DNA from: a virus | IMG/VR virus record: IMGVR_UViG_3300042475_001686 | Coordinates: 32,001 to 96,000 of that record | DNA: 64,000 bases | Strand: one strand, 5' to 3' | Shown: positions 45,601 through 55,800 of the stretch, in pieces | How positions within the stretch are numbered: position 1 is the stretch's first letter | Layout of the letters: the number at the start of each line of letters is the position of its first letter | Made by a program: the position numbers and the translations under genes | The notes under the pieces: generated by a model | Database searches by the model: none | Seen by the model: the letters and a program-made list of their open reading frames with translations, nothing else | Told to the model about the DNA's origin: nothing

Positions 45601-45929
45601 TTTAATTTATTTAAATTTTCTAAACCAACCTTGTTCTTGGCTAGAAGAATTATATGATTATAAACCATGTCTAGTGGAGTAGTGCGATCTGCTTTATCTC
45701 TTTGGTCAAAGCGATCTTCACACATATAACCTTCTATGCCAAGAATAGGCTTGATACCACTTGCTTTAGCAACACGATACATTTCTCTGTGGCCAGAAAG
45801 GGAGCCATGGTCTGTAATCGCAATCGCAGGCATACCCAGTTTGCTTGCTCGATCTACATATTCAGATGGCAACCCAATACCATCGAATAAAGAGAAGTGG
45901 GTATGTAAGTGTAGTGGTACGTAATTCAT
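42651..45929 (-). CDS. dnaE: DNA polymerase III alpha subunit
   Basis: PHP domain LHLHT.FS.DG, GRGSSAGSL, PDIDTD, GIHAAG, KIDALGL, YQEQVM, YSFNKSH. Confidence 0.97.
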   Translation of the reverse strand: MNYVPLHLHTHFSLFDGIGLPSEYVDRASKLGMPAIAITDHGSLSGHREMYRVAKASGIKPILGIEGYMCEDRFDQRDKADRTTPLDMVYNHIILLAKNKVGLENLNKLNEIAWTEGYYKKPRIDFEVLAKYKEGIIVSSACPSGIIAKSIELGELGMAKKYIKWFKEQFGDDYYLEVMPHNDESINRTILMLADEFKVKPIVTPDCHHVDSSQKEIQELKLILNTYSNKIQKDATYEKSKKQGDLMKRLDYLYGADRQMSFNKFDIHLLSYEEIQAAMEKQAVWRTDIYENTIDLANKIEDYDIQDNLNLLPVQYKNPDKQLKELAMTGLAEKGLDKNQEYLDRLEEELTVIQDKKFGPYFLVVQSMISWAKKEGIMVGPGRGSSAGSLLCYALGITDIDPLKHGLLFFRFINPERNDFPDIDTDIQDSRRDEVKDYLVRQYKHVASIATFLEFKDKGVVRDVARALNIPLVDVNKVLKLVDTWDEYCTSKTTAWFREKYPEVEQYGEQLRGRIRGTGIHAAGVVTSKNPIFRYAPMETRNSPGSDERIPVVAVDMEEAEKIGLIKIDALGLKTLSVINDTIKIIKEREGTDIDLLKIDMGDQKVYQMLSEGYTKGVFQCEATPYTNLLIKMGVKNLAELSASNALVRPGAMNTIGKDYIERKHGRQAVNYLHQTMKPFTEETYGCILYQEQVMQACVQLGGMSWSEADKVRKIIGKKKDAREFDAFRDRFVDGASKFISPNQARDLWHDFEAHAGYSFNKSHAVAYSTLSYWTAWLKYHYPIEFMYSLLKNERDKDARTEYLIEAKRMGISIKLPHINDSDIDFKIEGKGIRFGLSGIKFISDKIAERYISARPFKSFEEVKTFTFTKGNGVNSRALEALRIIGAATFPDNPRNDNEIRENLYEYLGLPEFTQTVPSHFHAFINPVEDFEEKGSFILMGMVKGIKRGKGWSRVEILDKTGSIGVFDEEQTTIEAGRSYIALCSDNRIVSAVPVDEIKNSDAALVKFLNYRMLPYKDEELFVVSFKPRITKAGKKMASLTLADTSRELHSVTVFPTAFAKAYMKIEEGHAYKFEFGKTKDGTVILEDVNVG

Positions 45930-45932
45930 CTA

Positions 45933-46595
45933 TTACCAGTCGATATTCGTCGCTGATGTAGATGAAGGAGAGTCAAAGCCAAGATAGAATGCTTCTTGTT
46001 CCGCATATGGAACACGACGCAATGCTTTCTCTAGTGCATATGGCTCAATACCTTCCCAATTAAACGGTTCCTTATCTGGAGCCGAAGGAATCAAAGTGTA
46101 AGATGTTTCAGTTCCCTGACCATTACGCTTTAACTTCCATGTTAGATTTGAGATGCTTCCTGTTTCAAGCGCATACTCACGAATAGTATTAAACGATGAC
46201 TGCTTACTAATACCCATTGACCAAATTGCAACATAAGGCTTATCTTCGATGCCATCATCTACCAAAACATTGCAATAGAAACGTAGACGACCACGCCATC
46301 CACTGTTACCCTTTGGATCCTTGCGGTACATTTCTTCAGCCCAGTCACGGCCTTCTGTGTCCATAGTATCTACAGCCTTACGCTTATAGTCTTTTGGATT
46401 TGTGTGTTCCTTGACGACAAACGCTAAACCACGCTTTTCGCTATAGTTTGCAGAGTCTTCGTCTAGTTCTTCAATAAAACGAATCTTAACTGCCTGTCCA
46501 TCAGCCAACTTAAGCCAACGAACCTTTGGGCCGTTCTCATCTGTCTTCTTATCAAGTAAAGCATTTATATTCTTTAGTCCTACTATTTTATTCAT
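45933..46595 (-). CDS. Single-stranded DNA-binding protein (gp32-like)
   Basis: L.DG..VKIRF, KRNGQG.ETSY, acidic/aromatic C-terminus; position in the replication operon. Confidence 0.7.
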   Translation of the reverse strand: MNKIVGLKNINALLDKKTDENGPKVRWLKLADGQAVKIRFIEELDEDSANYSEKRGLAFVVKEHTNPKDYKRKAVDTMDTEGRDWAEEMYRKDPKGNSGWRGRLRFYCNVLVDDGIEDKPYVAIWSMGISKQSSFNTIREYALETGSISNLTWKLKRNGQGTETSYTLIPSAPDKEPFNWEGIEPYALEKALRRVPYAEQEAFYLGFDSPSSTSATNIDW

Positions 46596-46613
46596 TATTT
46601 CTCCTTGTTTTTT

Positions 46614-47558
46614 CTATTTTAGCATAGACAGTATTGATTTGTCAAACTGATACTCTAGTTTCTTTATTGACGTATCGTCCATATCGCCTATATCTTTATA
46701 TTGTTTATCTAAGTTAATTACAGTAACATTTCCGTCTAATCTTTCGATTATTCGTTCTTTCATGTTACCGCCTGCCTCATCGTTATCAGCAATAATTATT
46801 ATATCACTAAAGTACCTTTGAAGCAAATCTATTTGTTTGGAAGACACATTGGCGCCAAGGGTGGCGACTGCTGGAAATCCAACTTGATCTAATCTGATTA
46901 CATCAAAAGAAGATTCAACCACATAAACCTTTGATGCTGTTTTAACTTTATTTAAATTAAATAATACCTTTGATTTAGGAAGTTTGGGGGTATTCTTAAA
47001 ATCTTTTCCTTCAATAGACCTACCGACAAATCCAACACATAAGCCTTCATTGTTATGCACTGGTATACAAACCATGTCTTGGGTTTCAGAATATCCAAGT
47101 TTAAATTTTATTACAGACTCTTTTGTAATCTTTCTCTTAATGAAATATTCTTTTGCTCGTTCTGATGACAATGCCTGTTCATGTAGCCTTTGGACTACAG
47201 ATATATCGAACTCTGTCCATTCTTCTTTTTCTACTAACTTAGAATTAACTTCAGATAAAATATCTGTTTCAACTTCCTTGCTTTTGATAAATCTAACAGA
47301 CTCAAAGTATGTTCTATTTGAAAAATGCATGACCAACTCTATTAAGTCTGCAGTCTTTCCACAAGAAAAACAAAAGAATAGTCCTGTATATTTATTTATT
47401 TCTCCAGCAGGTGTTCTATGATTAGAATGAAATGGACAAAATACTATGTATTCGGACTCTGCTTCTTTTTCTACAGTTACGCCAGATCCTGAGAGTACTC
47501 TTTTAACTTGGCTGGCTGTGTATAAATTGGTCTGGTTCCGTCTATCCCTAATATCCAT
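46614..47558 (-). CDS. DNA primase
   Basis: CPFH..CFSC zinc finger; VES.FD and IADND Toprim motifs. Confidence 0.92.
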   Translation of the reverse strand: MDIRDRRNQTNLYTASQVKRVLSGSGVTVEKEAESEYIVFCPFHSNHRTPAGEINKYTGLFFCFSCGKTADLIELVMHFSNRTYFESVRFIKSKEVETDILSEVNSKLVEKEEWTEFDISVVQRLHEQALSSERAKEYFIKRKITKESVIKFKLGYSETQDMVCIPVHNNEGLCVGFVGRSIEGKDFKNTPKLPKSKVLFNLNKVKTASKVYVVESSFDVIRLDQVGFPAVATLGANVSSKQIDLLQRYFSDIIIIADNDEAGGNMKERIIERLDGNVTVINLDKQYKDIGDMDDTSIKKLEYQFDKSILSMLK

Positions 47559-47803
47559 TCTACCTTTTTTCTCCCAACATATATTCCATATACGCTTAAT
47601 GCAAACTCAAAATAGTTTTTTTGTTCATTATATGATAGTGTAAACTCTGGGTTAATGTCAAATCTTGGGGCATACCCAGATAATCGCATCTCTGATACGA
47701 GTAATCTGATGTAGTCTTGCTGCAATCTGTATATGGCTGAATCATCTACTATGATCCCATCCAGACCAAATCGCTTTATAGCCCTGTGTGGAAATGTCTC
47801 CAT
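47477..47803 (-). CDS. Hypothetical protein
   Basis: ORF between helicase and primase. Confidence 0.7.
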   Translation of the reverse strand: METFPHRAIKRFGLDGIIVDDSAIYRLQQDYIRLLVSEMRLSGYAPRFDINPEFTLSYNEQKNYFEFALSVYGIYVGRKKVEWILGIDGTRPIYTQPAKLKEYSQDLA

Positions 47804-47811
47804 GGAGCATA

Positions 47812-49038
47812 TTATACTGACTTATCTTCATAATCCTTATACCTATAGTATCCCTTGTCAAAATCGGCTTGAACTAAGAATTCTCCCATAAAACCATTAC
47901 GGTTCTTGCGAAATACGCATTCAATAATATCGCTATTATTTCCTCTACCCAGCGCAAGCACCCAGTCTGCATCATAAGCAATCTGCCTTGACCATGCAGT
48001 TTGACCAAGGGTTGGCACGGTTTCAAGTTTAGTAACGTCATCAGGTGTAGCAGATGAAATAGCAATAATTGGTACCTCTTCTGCAATAGCCATAAGTTTG
48101 AGTTCACGAGACAAATTCTTCATACGAATAGTTTCATTATCTGACTTTTGATTAGGAGACATCAATTGTAAATAGTCAACAATAACAAAGTCTGGTTTAT
48201 ATTGATCAATCTTTCCTCGTAGCACTAATGGAGTAATATCTCCCCCAGTATCGTTAGAGATAATATGAAACTCTGGCTTTCCAGTAACATGCTTTGTATG
48301 CCAAGACTTAAGCATATCCATCTCAACCTGACCAGCACTTAACTTTCTATGAGACCAAACGCCCTCTCCCATAATTGCAAATACACGATTACGAACTTCT
48401 ACCTCAGACATTTCAAGGCTTATGATCATTGGGCTACGACCCTGTTTCCAGGCCTGTACAGCGAAATAGAGAGACAACCACGACTTTCCTATGCCTGGAT
48501 ATGCAAGGAAGACTCCTAACTGCCCTGGCATGATTCCAGAAGGAAGGTAGTTATCAAATCCTGGAAGGCCAGTCTTAATTCCTAATGCACCAGCCTCTTG
48601 TTGTTTCTTAAGATTTTCAAAGTATGCAACAGCAGAGTCTAAGTCTGTTACATCAATATCACGAATGGCTGCTGTATTTTTTCTAAGTTCTGCAGTTTTT
48701 GTAATTAAAGATTCTAGCGCATCTAGTCCCTGTCCACCCTGAACATCTGTTGCTGCAGATCTAATAATATCTTTTAAACTATTTGTTAAATATTCTGCCT
48801 GCAACTCTTCAAGGTGATGCTTGGTTGCGCCAACACCGCTTATGGGTTCAAAGTCTCTAAACTTTTCTACAACTAATTCTGTTGGTGGAACGGTAGCATT
48901 TGCTTCATAATATTTTCTGATAAACTGCCAAACATCTACATGCGTTGTTAGAATATTTTCTATATTAGCCTGGAGCAAAACATGCGCTTGCTTATCTTGT
49001 AGCACGGCTGAGATTAGTTTTGACTCTGTATTATTCAC
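47812..49038 (-). CDS. dnaB: DnaB-like replicative helicase
   Basis: AYPGIGKS, ISLEMS, IVDYLQL, SRELK..A, DAD, KNRNG. Confidence 0.93.
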   Translation of the reverse strand: MNNTESKLISAVLQDKQAHVLLQANIENILTTHVDVWQFIRKYYEANATVPPTELVVEKFRDFEPISGVGATKHHLEELQAEYLTNSLKDIIRSAATDVQGGQGLDALESLITKTAELRKNTAAIRDIDVTDLDSAVAYFENLKKQQEAGALGIKTGLPGFDNYLPSGIMPGQLGVFLAYPGIGKSWLSLYFAVQAWKQGRSPMIISLEMSEVEVRNRVFAIMGEGVWSHRKLSAGQVEMDMLKSWHTKHVTGKPEFHIISNDTGGDITPLVLRGKIDQYKPDFVIVDYLQLMSPNQKSDNETIRMKNLSRELKLMAIAEEVPIIAISSATPDDVTKLETVPTLGQTAWSRQIAYDADWVLALGRGNNSDIIECVFRKNRNGFMGEFLVQADFDKGYYRYKDYEDKSV

Positions 49039-49339
49039 TCAACCACTCCTTAGCCTTTTTTCTACGTTCTGCTCGTTCTTTTATATCTTTAGCATACTGT
49101 TCTTTTGCTTCCAGTATATCATGTGCCACATAAGCAAAATGATTCCATGTGGGGTTTTCTGTTACATCAAAATAATATTCTAATAAGTCATAGCAAACTT
49201 CAATAGTGTATGACTCTATAAGGGCATCAGCAGACCACTGCTCAATCCACTTATTATACTGTGGCTTCTGTCCTAGTTTAAACTTATAGTGTTTATCAAA
49301 CCTACTCAACAGAGCCAGTCGCTTCTGTTTGTCTGTCAC
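49031..49339 (-). CDS. Hypothetical protein
   Basis: ORF directly upstream of the helicase. Confidence 0.7.
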   Translation of the reverse strand: MTDKQKRLALLSRFDKHYKFKLGQKPQYNKWIEQWSADALIESYTIEVCYDLLEYYFDVTENPTWNHFAYVAHDILEAKEQYAKDIKERAERRKKAKEWLSE

Positions 49340-49340
49340 A

Positions 49341-49553
49341 CTAATTGCTTTCTTCTAGTTCAACCTTTGCTTCTGAGATTTTTGCTGCTAGTTTATCTTC
49401 AACAAACTTATACACACGCTCAAATGCTTGATCTGTATTCTCAGCATCACGCTTTGAGTCTACAACACCAAGATCTATCCTTAGTGACTGAAAGTTTCCA
49501 AGATTTAATGTGTATCCAAGTGTTACTGATACTTTAGTGTCTTCCATTTCATA
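49341..49553 (-). CDS. Hypothetical protein
   Basis: GYTLNLGNFQSLRID motif; start uncertain. Confidence 0.65.
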   Translation of the reverse strand, partial: YEMEDTKVSVTLGYTLNLGNFQSLRIDLGVVDSKRDAENTDQAFERVYKFVEDKLAAKISEAKVELEESN

Positions 49554-49561
49554 CCCTTCTA

Positions 49562-50104
49562 TTATATTGATTCTGACCAAATTGGTATAAATCTACCATC
49601 TTCAGTCTTCGTATATGTAAGTATACCATCTCCCATTCGTCTCGTCAACTCAGCCTTTGTGGGAGTAATATCGTTTGTTATTAAATTATCTTTTCTTGGC
49701 CTACCAATATGATACGTAGCCAGTATATCACGTATCTCTTTTACTTGCGACTCAGCGTAGTATGATCTTACTTGCCATCCACGTGCCCCGCCTTTTTGAG
49801 ATCCAGTAGGGAATGGAATAACACCACGCTTCATTAGTGAAGGCATATACTTTTTATGTCTATTAACAAGATCAGCAGTTTCTCCTACAGTATATGCTCG
49901 TTCTCTTTTAGTTTTAAAATCACTAATCAAACAACTTTCTAATCTATCTTTTGTTATATTATATATTGACATAATGCCATTAGATCTGTTATAATGCACA
50001 ATCCTAACAAGGTCATTATTTAAAAACCATACCTTTTTATTTCCTGGTATTACAGGAGCGACATTGTATTCTTCGCTCGTTCTATTTCCTTTGCGAGTAG
50101 CCAT
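49562..50104 (-). CDS. HTH (MerR-like) DNA-binding protein
   Basis: YTVGETADLVNRH..G.IP..R.Y. Confidence 0.6.
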   Translation of the reverse strand: MATRKGNRTSEEYNVAPVIPGNKKVWFLNNDLVRIVHYNRSNGIMSIYNITKDRLESCLISDFKTKRERAYTVGETADLVNRHKKYMPSLMKRGVIPFPTGSQKGGARGWQVRSYYAESQVKEIRDILATYHIGRPRKDNLITNDITPTKAELTRRMGDGILTYTKTEDGRFIPIWSESI

Positions 50105-50241
50105 CTACCTTCCTCCGAATCAGACGGCGGATGAAAAAACTTTCTTGATCCACACATTAAACAATAAATTTCTAAATGAGAAACAGAGTTGTAAATTCTG
50201 TCTATCATCATTTTTCTTGAACATTTTTTGCATGTTATCAT
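50050..50241 (-). CDS. Small zinc-ribbon protein
   Basis: CKKC...CLMCG. Confidence 0.6.
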   Translation of the reverse strand: MITCKKCSRKMMIDRIYNSVSHLEIYCLMCGSRKFFHPPSDSEEGRWLLAKEIERAKNTMSLL

Positions 50242-50684
50242 TAATTAGGTATACCAACAATAATTAAATTAACACCTATGGAGACCTCTCCAGGTGAGTT
50301 GAAGTTAACTACTCCATCTACTCTTGATGTCGTAGGCTCTTTTAAAACAACTGTTACATTTTTACCAGCCTCTGTTGCACCTATATTAATTGGTGTGGCA
50401 GTAACAATTGGTGGATATTTAAATTCTGGTTTAAATTGATAAGAAAAAGATTGCTGACTTCCTACGCTTTGATTGCTGCTTTTAACAACATCAACGTATC
50501 CCGCAATTATTCTTGTCTCTGATATTTTTGCACTTTGTGACTGAAATTTTGGAACATCTACTGTAACATATTTATATATAGCAGGTGAAACTTGAACAGA
50601 TAAATCATTGATAGCACGAACTATTTGATCTATATAAGATACATCTATTGGTTGCCCTGGTTCTGGTGATGGTATTTTTGCCAT
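50241..50684 (-). CDS. Minor tail protein (H-type-lectin-like C-terminus)
   Basis: F...FK.PP.V.AT ... VNLI.VG pattern; end of the tail operon. Confidence 0.6.
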   Translation of the reverse strand: MAKIPSPEPGQPIDVSYIDQIVRAINDLSVQVSPAIYKYVTVDVPKFQSQSAKISETRIIAGYVDVVKSSNQSVGSQQSFSYQFKPEFKYPPIVTATPINIGATEAGKNVTVVLKEPTTSRVDGVVNFNSPGEVSIGVNLIIVGIPN

Positions 50685-50700
50685 TATTCCTCCTGTCTAA

Positions 50701-51195
50701 TTATATCAGACTACCCTCGTTTTCAAATAATGTTGCAGACACAAATCTTTGTAGTGGTATAGTCTTGACCTGAACCGCAACCTTAACGTATGTTTTTGAT
50801 GTAGGATACACGATAGAATAATTAGTGCTTGTTGTTGCAGCATAATACTGCCAATCTGGATCGCCGTTTTCGTCTAAATCATTATTCCACCAAACATAGA
50901 TATGGTATTCTGAAACATTGTTTTGTGGTTGCCAAACTAGGTTTATAATTTTATCATTTGTGTTTACTATCATGCTGTTTAAAATTTCTTGTGCTGTATC
51001 TTGAGCGTTAATCTTGTATGCTGGAGACCAATGTGATGTTCTATTTTTATCCTCTGATATAAATCTATATCTTAGTATATATTTATTTATCTCTAATAAA
51101 TCACCATTTTCGTCTATAAATTTTTTGCCTAAAAATCCTGGAAGTTCAGACTTTGGAATTATAATCTTTTTTATACCTTGATCTGGCGTACTCAT
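50701..51195 (-). CDS. Minor tail protein (FN3-like)
   Basis: SHWSP, LVW, YHIY, V.VQ; tail operon. Confidence 0.55.
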   Translation of the reverse strand: MSTPDQGIKKIIIPKSELPGFLGKKFIDENGDLLEINKYILRYRFISEDKNRTSHWSPAYKINAQDTAQEILNSMIVNTNDKIINLVWQPQNNVSEYHIYVWWNNDLDENGDPDWQYYAATTSTNYSIVYPTSKTYVKVAVQVKTIPLQRFVSATLFENEGSLI

Positions 51196-52313
51196 TATTG
51201 CACATCCATGGCAAACCTAAATTCAATATAATTACTTGTATTTGCTGCCTTAACAATAGTTTCTGCATTTGTATTTTTTAATACAGTATAGCCAGTAAGT
51301 CCATATATTGGATTAGTGGTTGATACATTTTCAAATCTTACTGCGTCTAAGCCTACATAAAAATCTTCAGAAGGCGATCCATTTTTTATTACGGAAGAAT
51401 ATATTTTAATAATACTTACATTGTTCCATGTAAAACCAGTGCTCTTATATAATTCTTGTAATTGTTTTGTAATTACATAATATCTTTGATTTGCAAAATC
51501 ATAATCATCATCAGACATTACAATTTCAAATCTAGCCCATTCTCCAACACCAGCAGTATCGCTTTCTCCAAACTCTAATAATATTCTTACCTCATCTGGG
51601 ACAATAGATGGATCTGGATCTTTATTGATAATACTAAATGCTAGTTTAATTTCATCGGTAGGAGCATTTTGATTAAAATCTAATGCTGTTCCTAGTAAGT
51701 GTATGTGATTTGATCCAGCATTAATAGATAGATGTTCTCCAGATAATTCTAAGTCTGAAATATCTCCTCTAAGCATAACTATATTATTATAAAACCTTGC
51801 TCTTTCATATCTTGAAATTCTGTCTGTATTAGTAAATAATCTATTGTCAGAGTTAGTCTGAAATGCTTCATAGGTTTGATTAATAACGTTATCTTGATTA
51901 ATGCCGTCCAGTGGTTCGTAAACTACTGGCAATTCTGTTGCAGATGTTTGATTATGATATTCCCAGTTTTCGTTTACAGTAAAAGCAAAAAGGGATCTGC
52001 TGTCGTATGCTCCAGCCGATGGATTGGCGCCTGCAGAATATATTCCTACTTCTGAAATTTCATATCTTTCGTCTGTAGGAAGTTCTGCTGTTAAAACAAT
52101 CTTATTTACTCCGCCTTCATTAACATATCCTCTTGAAGTAATTGGTACTCTAAACATTTCAAAGTCTAAAGATTTTTTTGAGGAATAATCTCCAAAAGGC
52201 TGATTGCTTGCCAGTGGCTTTGATCCACAACCAATTGCTATATATGAGGCATAGGCGGGAGCCTGACCTATCAAATACTTGGCTAATATGCCTTTTCCTA
52301 TGTTAGTAATCAT
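51195..52313 (-). CDS. Minor tail/baseplate protein
   Basis: MIT..G...A.Y..YIAIG.G, FR.PI, ISEVGIY pattern. Confidence 0.65.
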   Translation of the reverse strand: MITNIGKGILAKYLIGQAPAYASYIAIGCGSKPLASNQPFGDYSSKKSLDFEMFRVPITSRGYVNEGGVNKIVLTAELPTDERYEISEVGIYSAGANPSAGAYDSRSLFAFTVNENWEYHNQTSATELPVVYEPLDGINQDNVINQTYEAFQTNSDNRLFTNTDRISRYERARFYNNIVMLRGDISDLELSGEHLSINAGSNHIHLLGTALDFNQNAPTDEIKLAFSIINKDPDPSIVPDEVRILLEFGESDTAGVGEWARFEIVMSDDDYDFANQRYYVITKQLQELYKSTGFTWNNVSIIKIYSSVIKNGSPSEDFYVGLDAVRFENVSTTNPIYGLTGYTVLKNTNAETIVKAANTSNYIEFRFAMDVQ

Positions 52314-52315
52314 AA

Positions 52316-52810
52316 TTACACCTCATATATTGTATCATCTAATACAACCCCGTCAGAAATTATAGAAACTTCAACCTGCTCATCCCTAGCCATATTTACG
52401 ACATTAATAACCAGATTGCCAGTTTCTGCCTCTATATATACTATTGAGCAGTCTGGTCCAGTACCACATATAGGAACTTTGCTCGAAAAGTTAATTGGGA
52501 ATTTTTTAAAATAGTTAAAATCTGTATCTTGTAGTGCTAAAATATTTTGTGGGTTATACTGAAAGTATAAGTTGGTTAAATTTTTAATAGGTTGATAAGT
52601 CACATTCTGACCATTAATAATGTCGGATCTTAATATATTTATTAATTCTTGTCCACCTATGTTTTCAAATATTAGGTCTGTCATTATTTCTATTGGCGTT
52701 GACTCATCGTCAAATAGAATAATATCTGGTGTAGCACTTTTGACATCTGAAGTTTTTGGTTTCGGGGTTGGGCTGGATGAAGGAAGATTGGGTGTGCTAC
52801 TAGTAGTCAT
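52316..52810 (-). CDS. Putative virion structural protein
   Basis: Position in the tail operon. Confidence 0.6.
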   Translation of the reverse strand: MTTSSTPNLPSSSPTPKPKTSDVKSATPDIILFDDESTPIEIMTDLIFENIGGQELINILRSDIINGQNVTYQPIKNLTNLYFQYNPQNILALQDTDFNYFKKFPINFSSKVPICGTGPDCSIVYIEAETGNLVINVVNMARDEQVEVSIISDGVVLDDTIYEV

Positions 52811-52811
52811 A

Positions 52812-55800
52812 TTAAACCTCACTCATATAAATAGTCATCTCTGGGCCATCATTGTTTTTATTGTACTCTATGTGATATACAACAAACTTAGTATCCTCAG
52901 ATGCTATTATATCAGTTCCACTATTATCTTTATATGATATGTTTACTAAGTCTCCTAATTGAATAGTTGCATTAGCAAATATTTTTACCCCGACATTTTT
53001 TCTTGGTCTTAAAATTTTATTAATAACCCAACTCATTAATTCGTTTGCATCATCGTTAGATTGAACATAGACTGGGTCTAGTGAAAATTCTTTTTTGCCG
53101 TAGGTGAGCCTACTAGTTTTTATTTTGTCATAGTCTATTGCAGCCTTTAAAGGAGAAACTATTGTTCCATCTTTTCCAATAACTGGATCTGAGAAGTTAG
53201 CATTTTTAGCAAAATAAGAATCAACGGTAAGTTGATTGTTAGATTCTTGAGTAAAGGCTATGCCTTGTATTCTAAGATAGTTACCGCTTGTTTCGTCAAG
53301 ATTGATTGAGGTATCTGTTGCATTGAATATTAAAAATTCTGCCCCGTAAGATCCTGCTTTAAAACCAGATACCGTGTAACCTTTTATTCTATTAAAGGTA
53401 GGAGACAGTTGTGCATATATTGCTGGGTAGGCCTTATCATATTTAACTTTTAGATACGCTGCCTCTCTCATAATAGTTCCGAACTCATCAAAATAAATAT
53501 TAAATGATGGTGGTTGACCAGTATTTATTCCTGATAAGTATGTTGACTGCACCATTCCAGACATAGCATATTTTCTAAATGATTCGTTTGCATCAATATG
53601 CTCATCGCCAAATGCTGATGCGACTGGAGTCTCTAAAGAAAAAGATGTATTTTGGCTATAGTTATTAGCAAGTGCATATACATTTTCAAACATACACTTT
53701 GAACCACCACGCACAAATAATGCAATGTTATTGTATACTGGCAATGGTCTTGGATCATCTACAATCTTAACCAGGTTATTATTAATGTATAAATAAAATC
53801 TTCTTACGGAGCCAATGTCCTGATACTCTACAGCAAGATCATACACAGTTGGATTTTGCTCTCCCATCATTCTTGCCTGTCCAGTAAACTTACCATCATC
53901 AATGATAATGTTGCTTAGTCCACCCCATAACTTTATTGGAACTGCTTTTCCATTTGAATCAGTTTTAACTTTATAAAAAATTACGTTATGTATATTGTCT
54001 ACATCAGAAGAATATTCGCTTACATTTTTTTCTGTTAGTGCAACAATTTCAAAATAATATCCTACATTTGTATCTGGATTTATCATAACCGCTATTCCTC
54101 CAGACCCTCCAGAAATATTTAATTGCTGGTTTGGCTGTGTTCCAGATAATACATAATATGAAACTGCGTTAACTGGTGTTTGTTCCTTTGTGTCTCCTAT
54201 TTCTACCTTTCCGATAATACGCATTCTTGTACCAAAATGCTTGTATTTATTATCCAAAGACTTGTATTGATACGAAACAAAGTCTAACGCTGGTTCTGTT
54301 TGGCTGAAAGATGGCCCAGTCATAACCAGTGCTGACGACTGAACTGATCCTGCCTGTGTTGATCTATTTGTATTATTTTCAGATTCATTTAAATATGAAT
54401 AAGATAAAAAGTTTTTAATTACTCCAGTTCTTGTATTTAGTTTTGCTTTTGCTGGATCTGGAGAACCAGGTATTGTTACAGACAAATCTTCCTCTAATAT
54501 TTCTTGCTGCGTGTAAACATCTCCAGGGCGCAAACCAAATAACTTATAACTAAGCATATTAAATCCACGAACATAGGTATCATTTTTCCAATATGTATTT
54601 AAACCAGCATCATGGGAGACAATGTTAGTACCAAACTGACCACGACCATGTCTTGCAACGTCTCCATTTTTCATAACCGTTATACCATTAATAACCTCGT
54701 ACTTTGGTTCAGCATAAATTCTTACAAGACCAGTTGGATATATCTTTCCATTGAAGGTAAGTTTAGACATGTAATCTTGATATTCTTGATTACTGCTAAT
54801 CCATACATTTCCTATTGCCCCGACAGTTTCTGTAGTATATGAGAACTTGCCATCTGATTCTTCTCTTAAAATATTTTTTTGTGCACCTGGAATGCTATAT
54901 TGAACTGCATCAAACTTAATTATTTCTCCGTTGGCATAAAAATATCCATTATATCTTCCCAACCAATAAACAGCCTCTCCTAAATCAATTACGTTGTTTG
55001 TTAATCTATTCCCAACCACAGATGGTGGTTGATTTGACAAATTAGAGTTAAGTGGTATTGCAGATAAGTTGTACGCAGATTGATTAGATACCTCGTTATT
55101 TATAGATCTAACATTTTGATCTCCAGTTATTTCCCATAGCAAGGCTGGCTTATATATCCAATTTTTTGCAGCAACTTCATTATCAATCATAGACGCTTGC
55201 TTTATACTTCCATAAGATCTTTGTATGTATCTTGTGTTATAGTTAATAACTCCATCATTATAAATGTTTCTTTCTTCTGATGAAATATCTATAATGTTTG
55301 ATATTTTTTCTTGAGTACTTACATTTTCTTTAGGACCAACCTTAACTAAATCATTTGATCCGTATAAAGTAGTATCAACCTGTCTTTCATCATTTGAAGG
55401 TAGCATATAGTTTTTACTCATCATTACAAAATTATTGTACTCATCAAAAAACATTGCGGTTTGAGTAGATATTGCTAAATCATTTAATATTTCTGCTACA
55501 GTTTTATCTGGTGGAATAAAGAAAAATGGAATCATTAATTCTTTTTCATTTTCTATTCTTTTAAATACATAATTAGAAAATCCAACTGAATCCAATAGTA
55601 ATGATATGGCATAACTAAGAGAAACATTTGTTACTAACATTTCTGGTGCTTTAATTGATTCAAAATAAAAATATAAATCTCTAAGATTAATGTCAACTTT
55701 TTTATCAGAATGTGAAATTGCTGGGAACCCTTCTGAGTACATAGTTTTAATAGGAACAAAATAATCATAGCCATTTACATTAACAGTAATATCATAAAAC

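Noticed and set aside
42651-49038. Inteins or introns in DnaE or the helicase
   Set aside because: Lengths and motif spacing are normal; no intein termini or homing-endonuclease motifs seen
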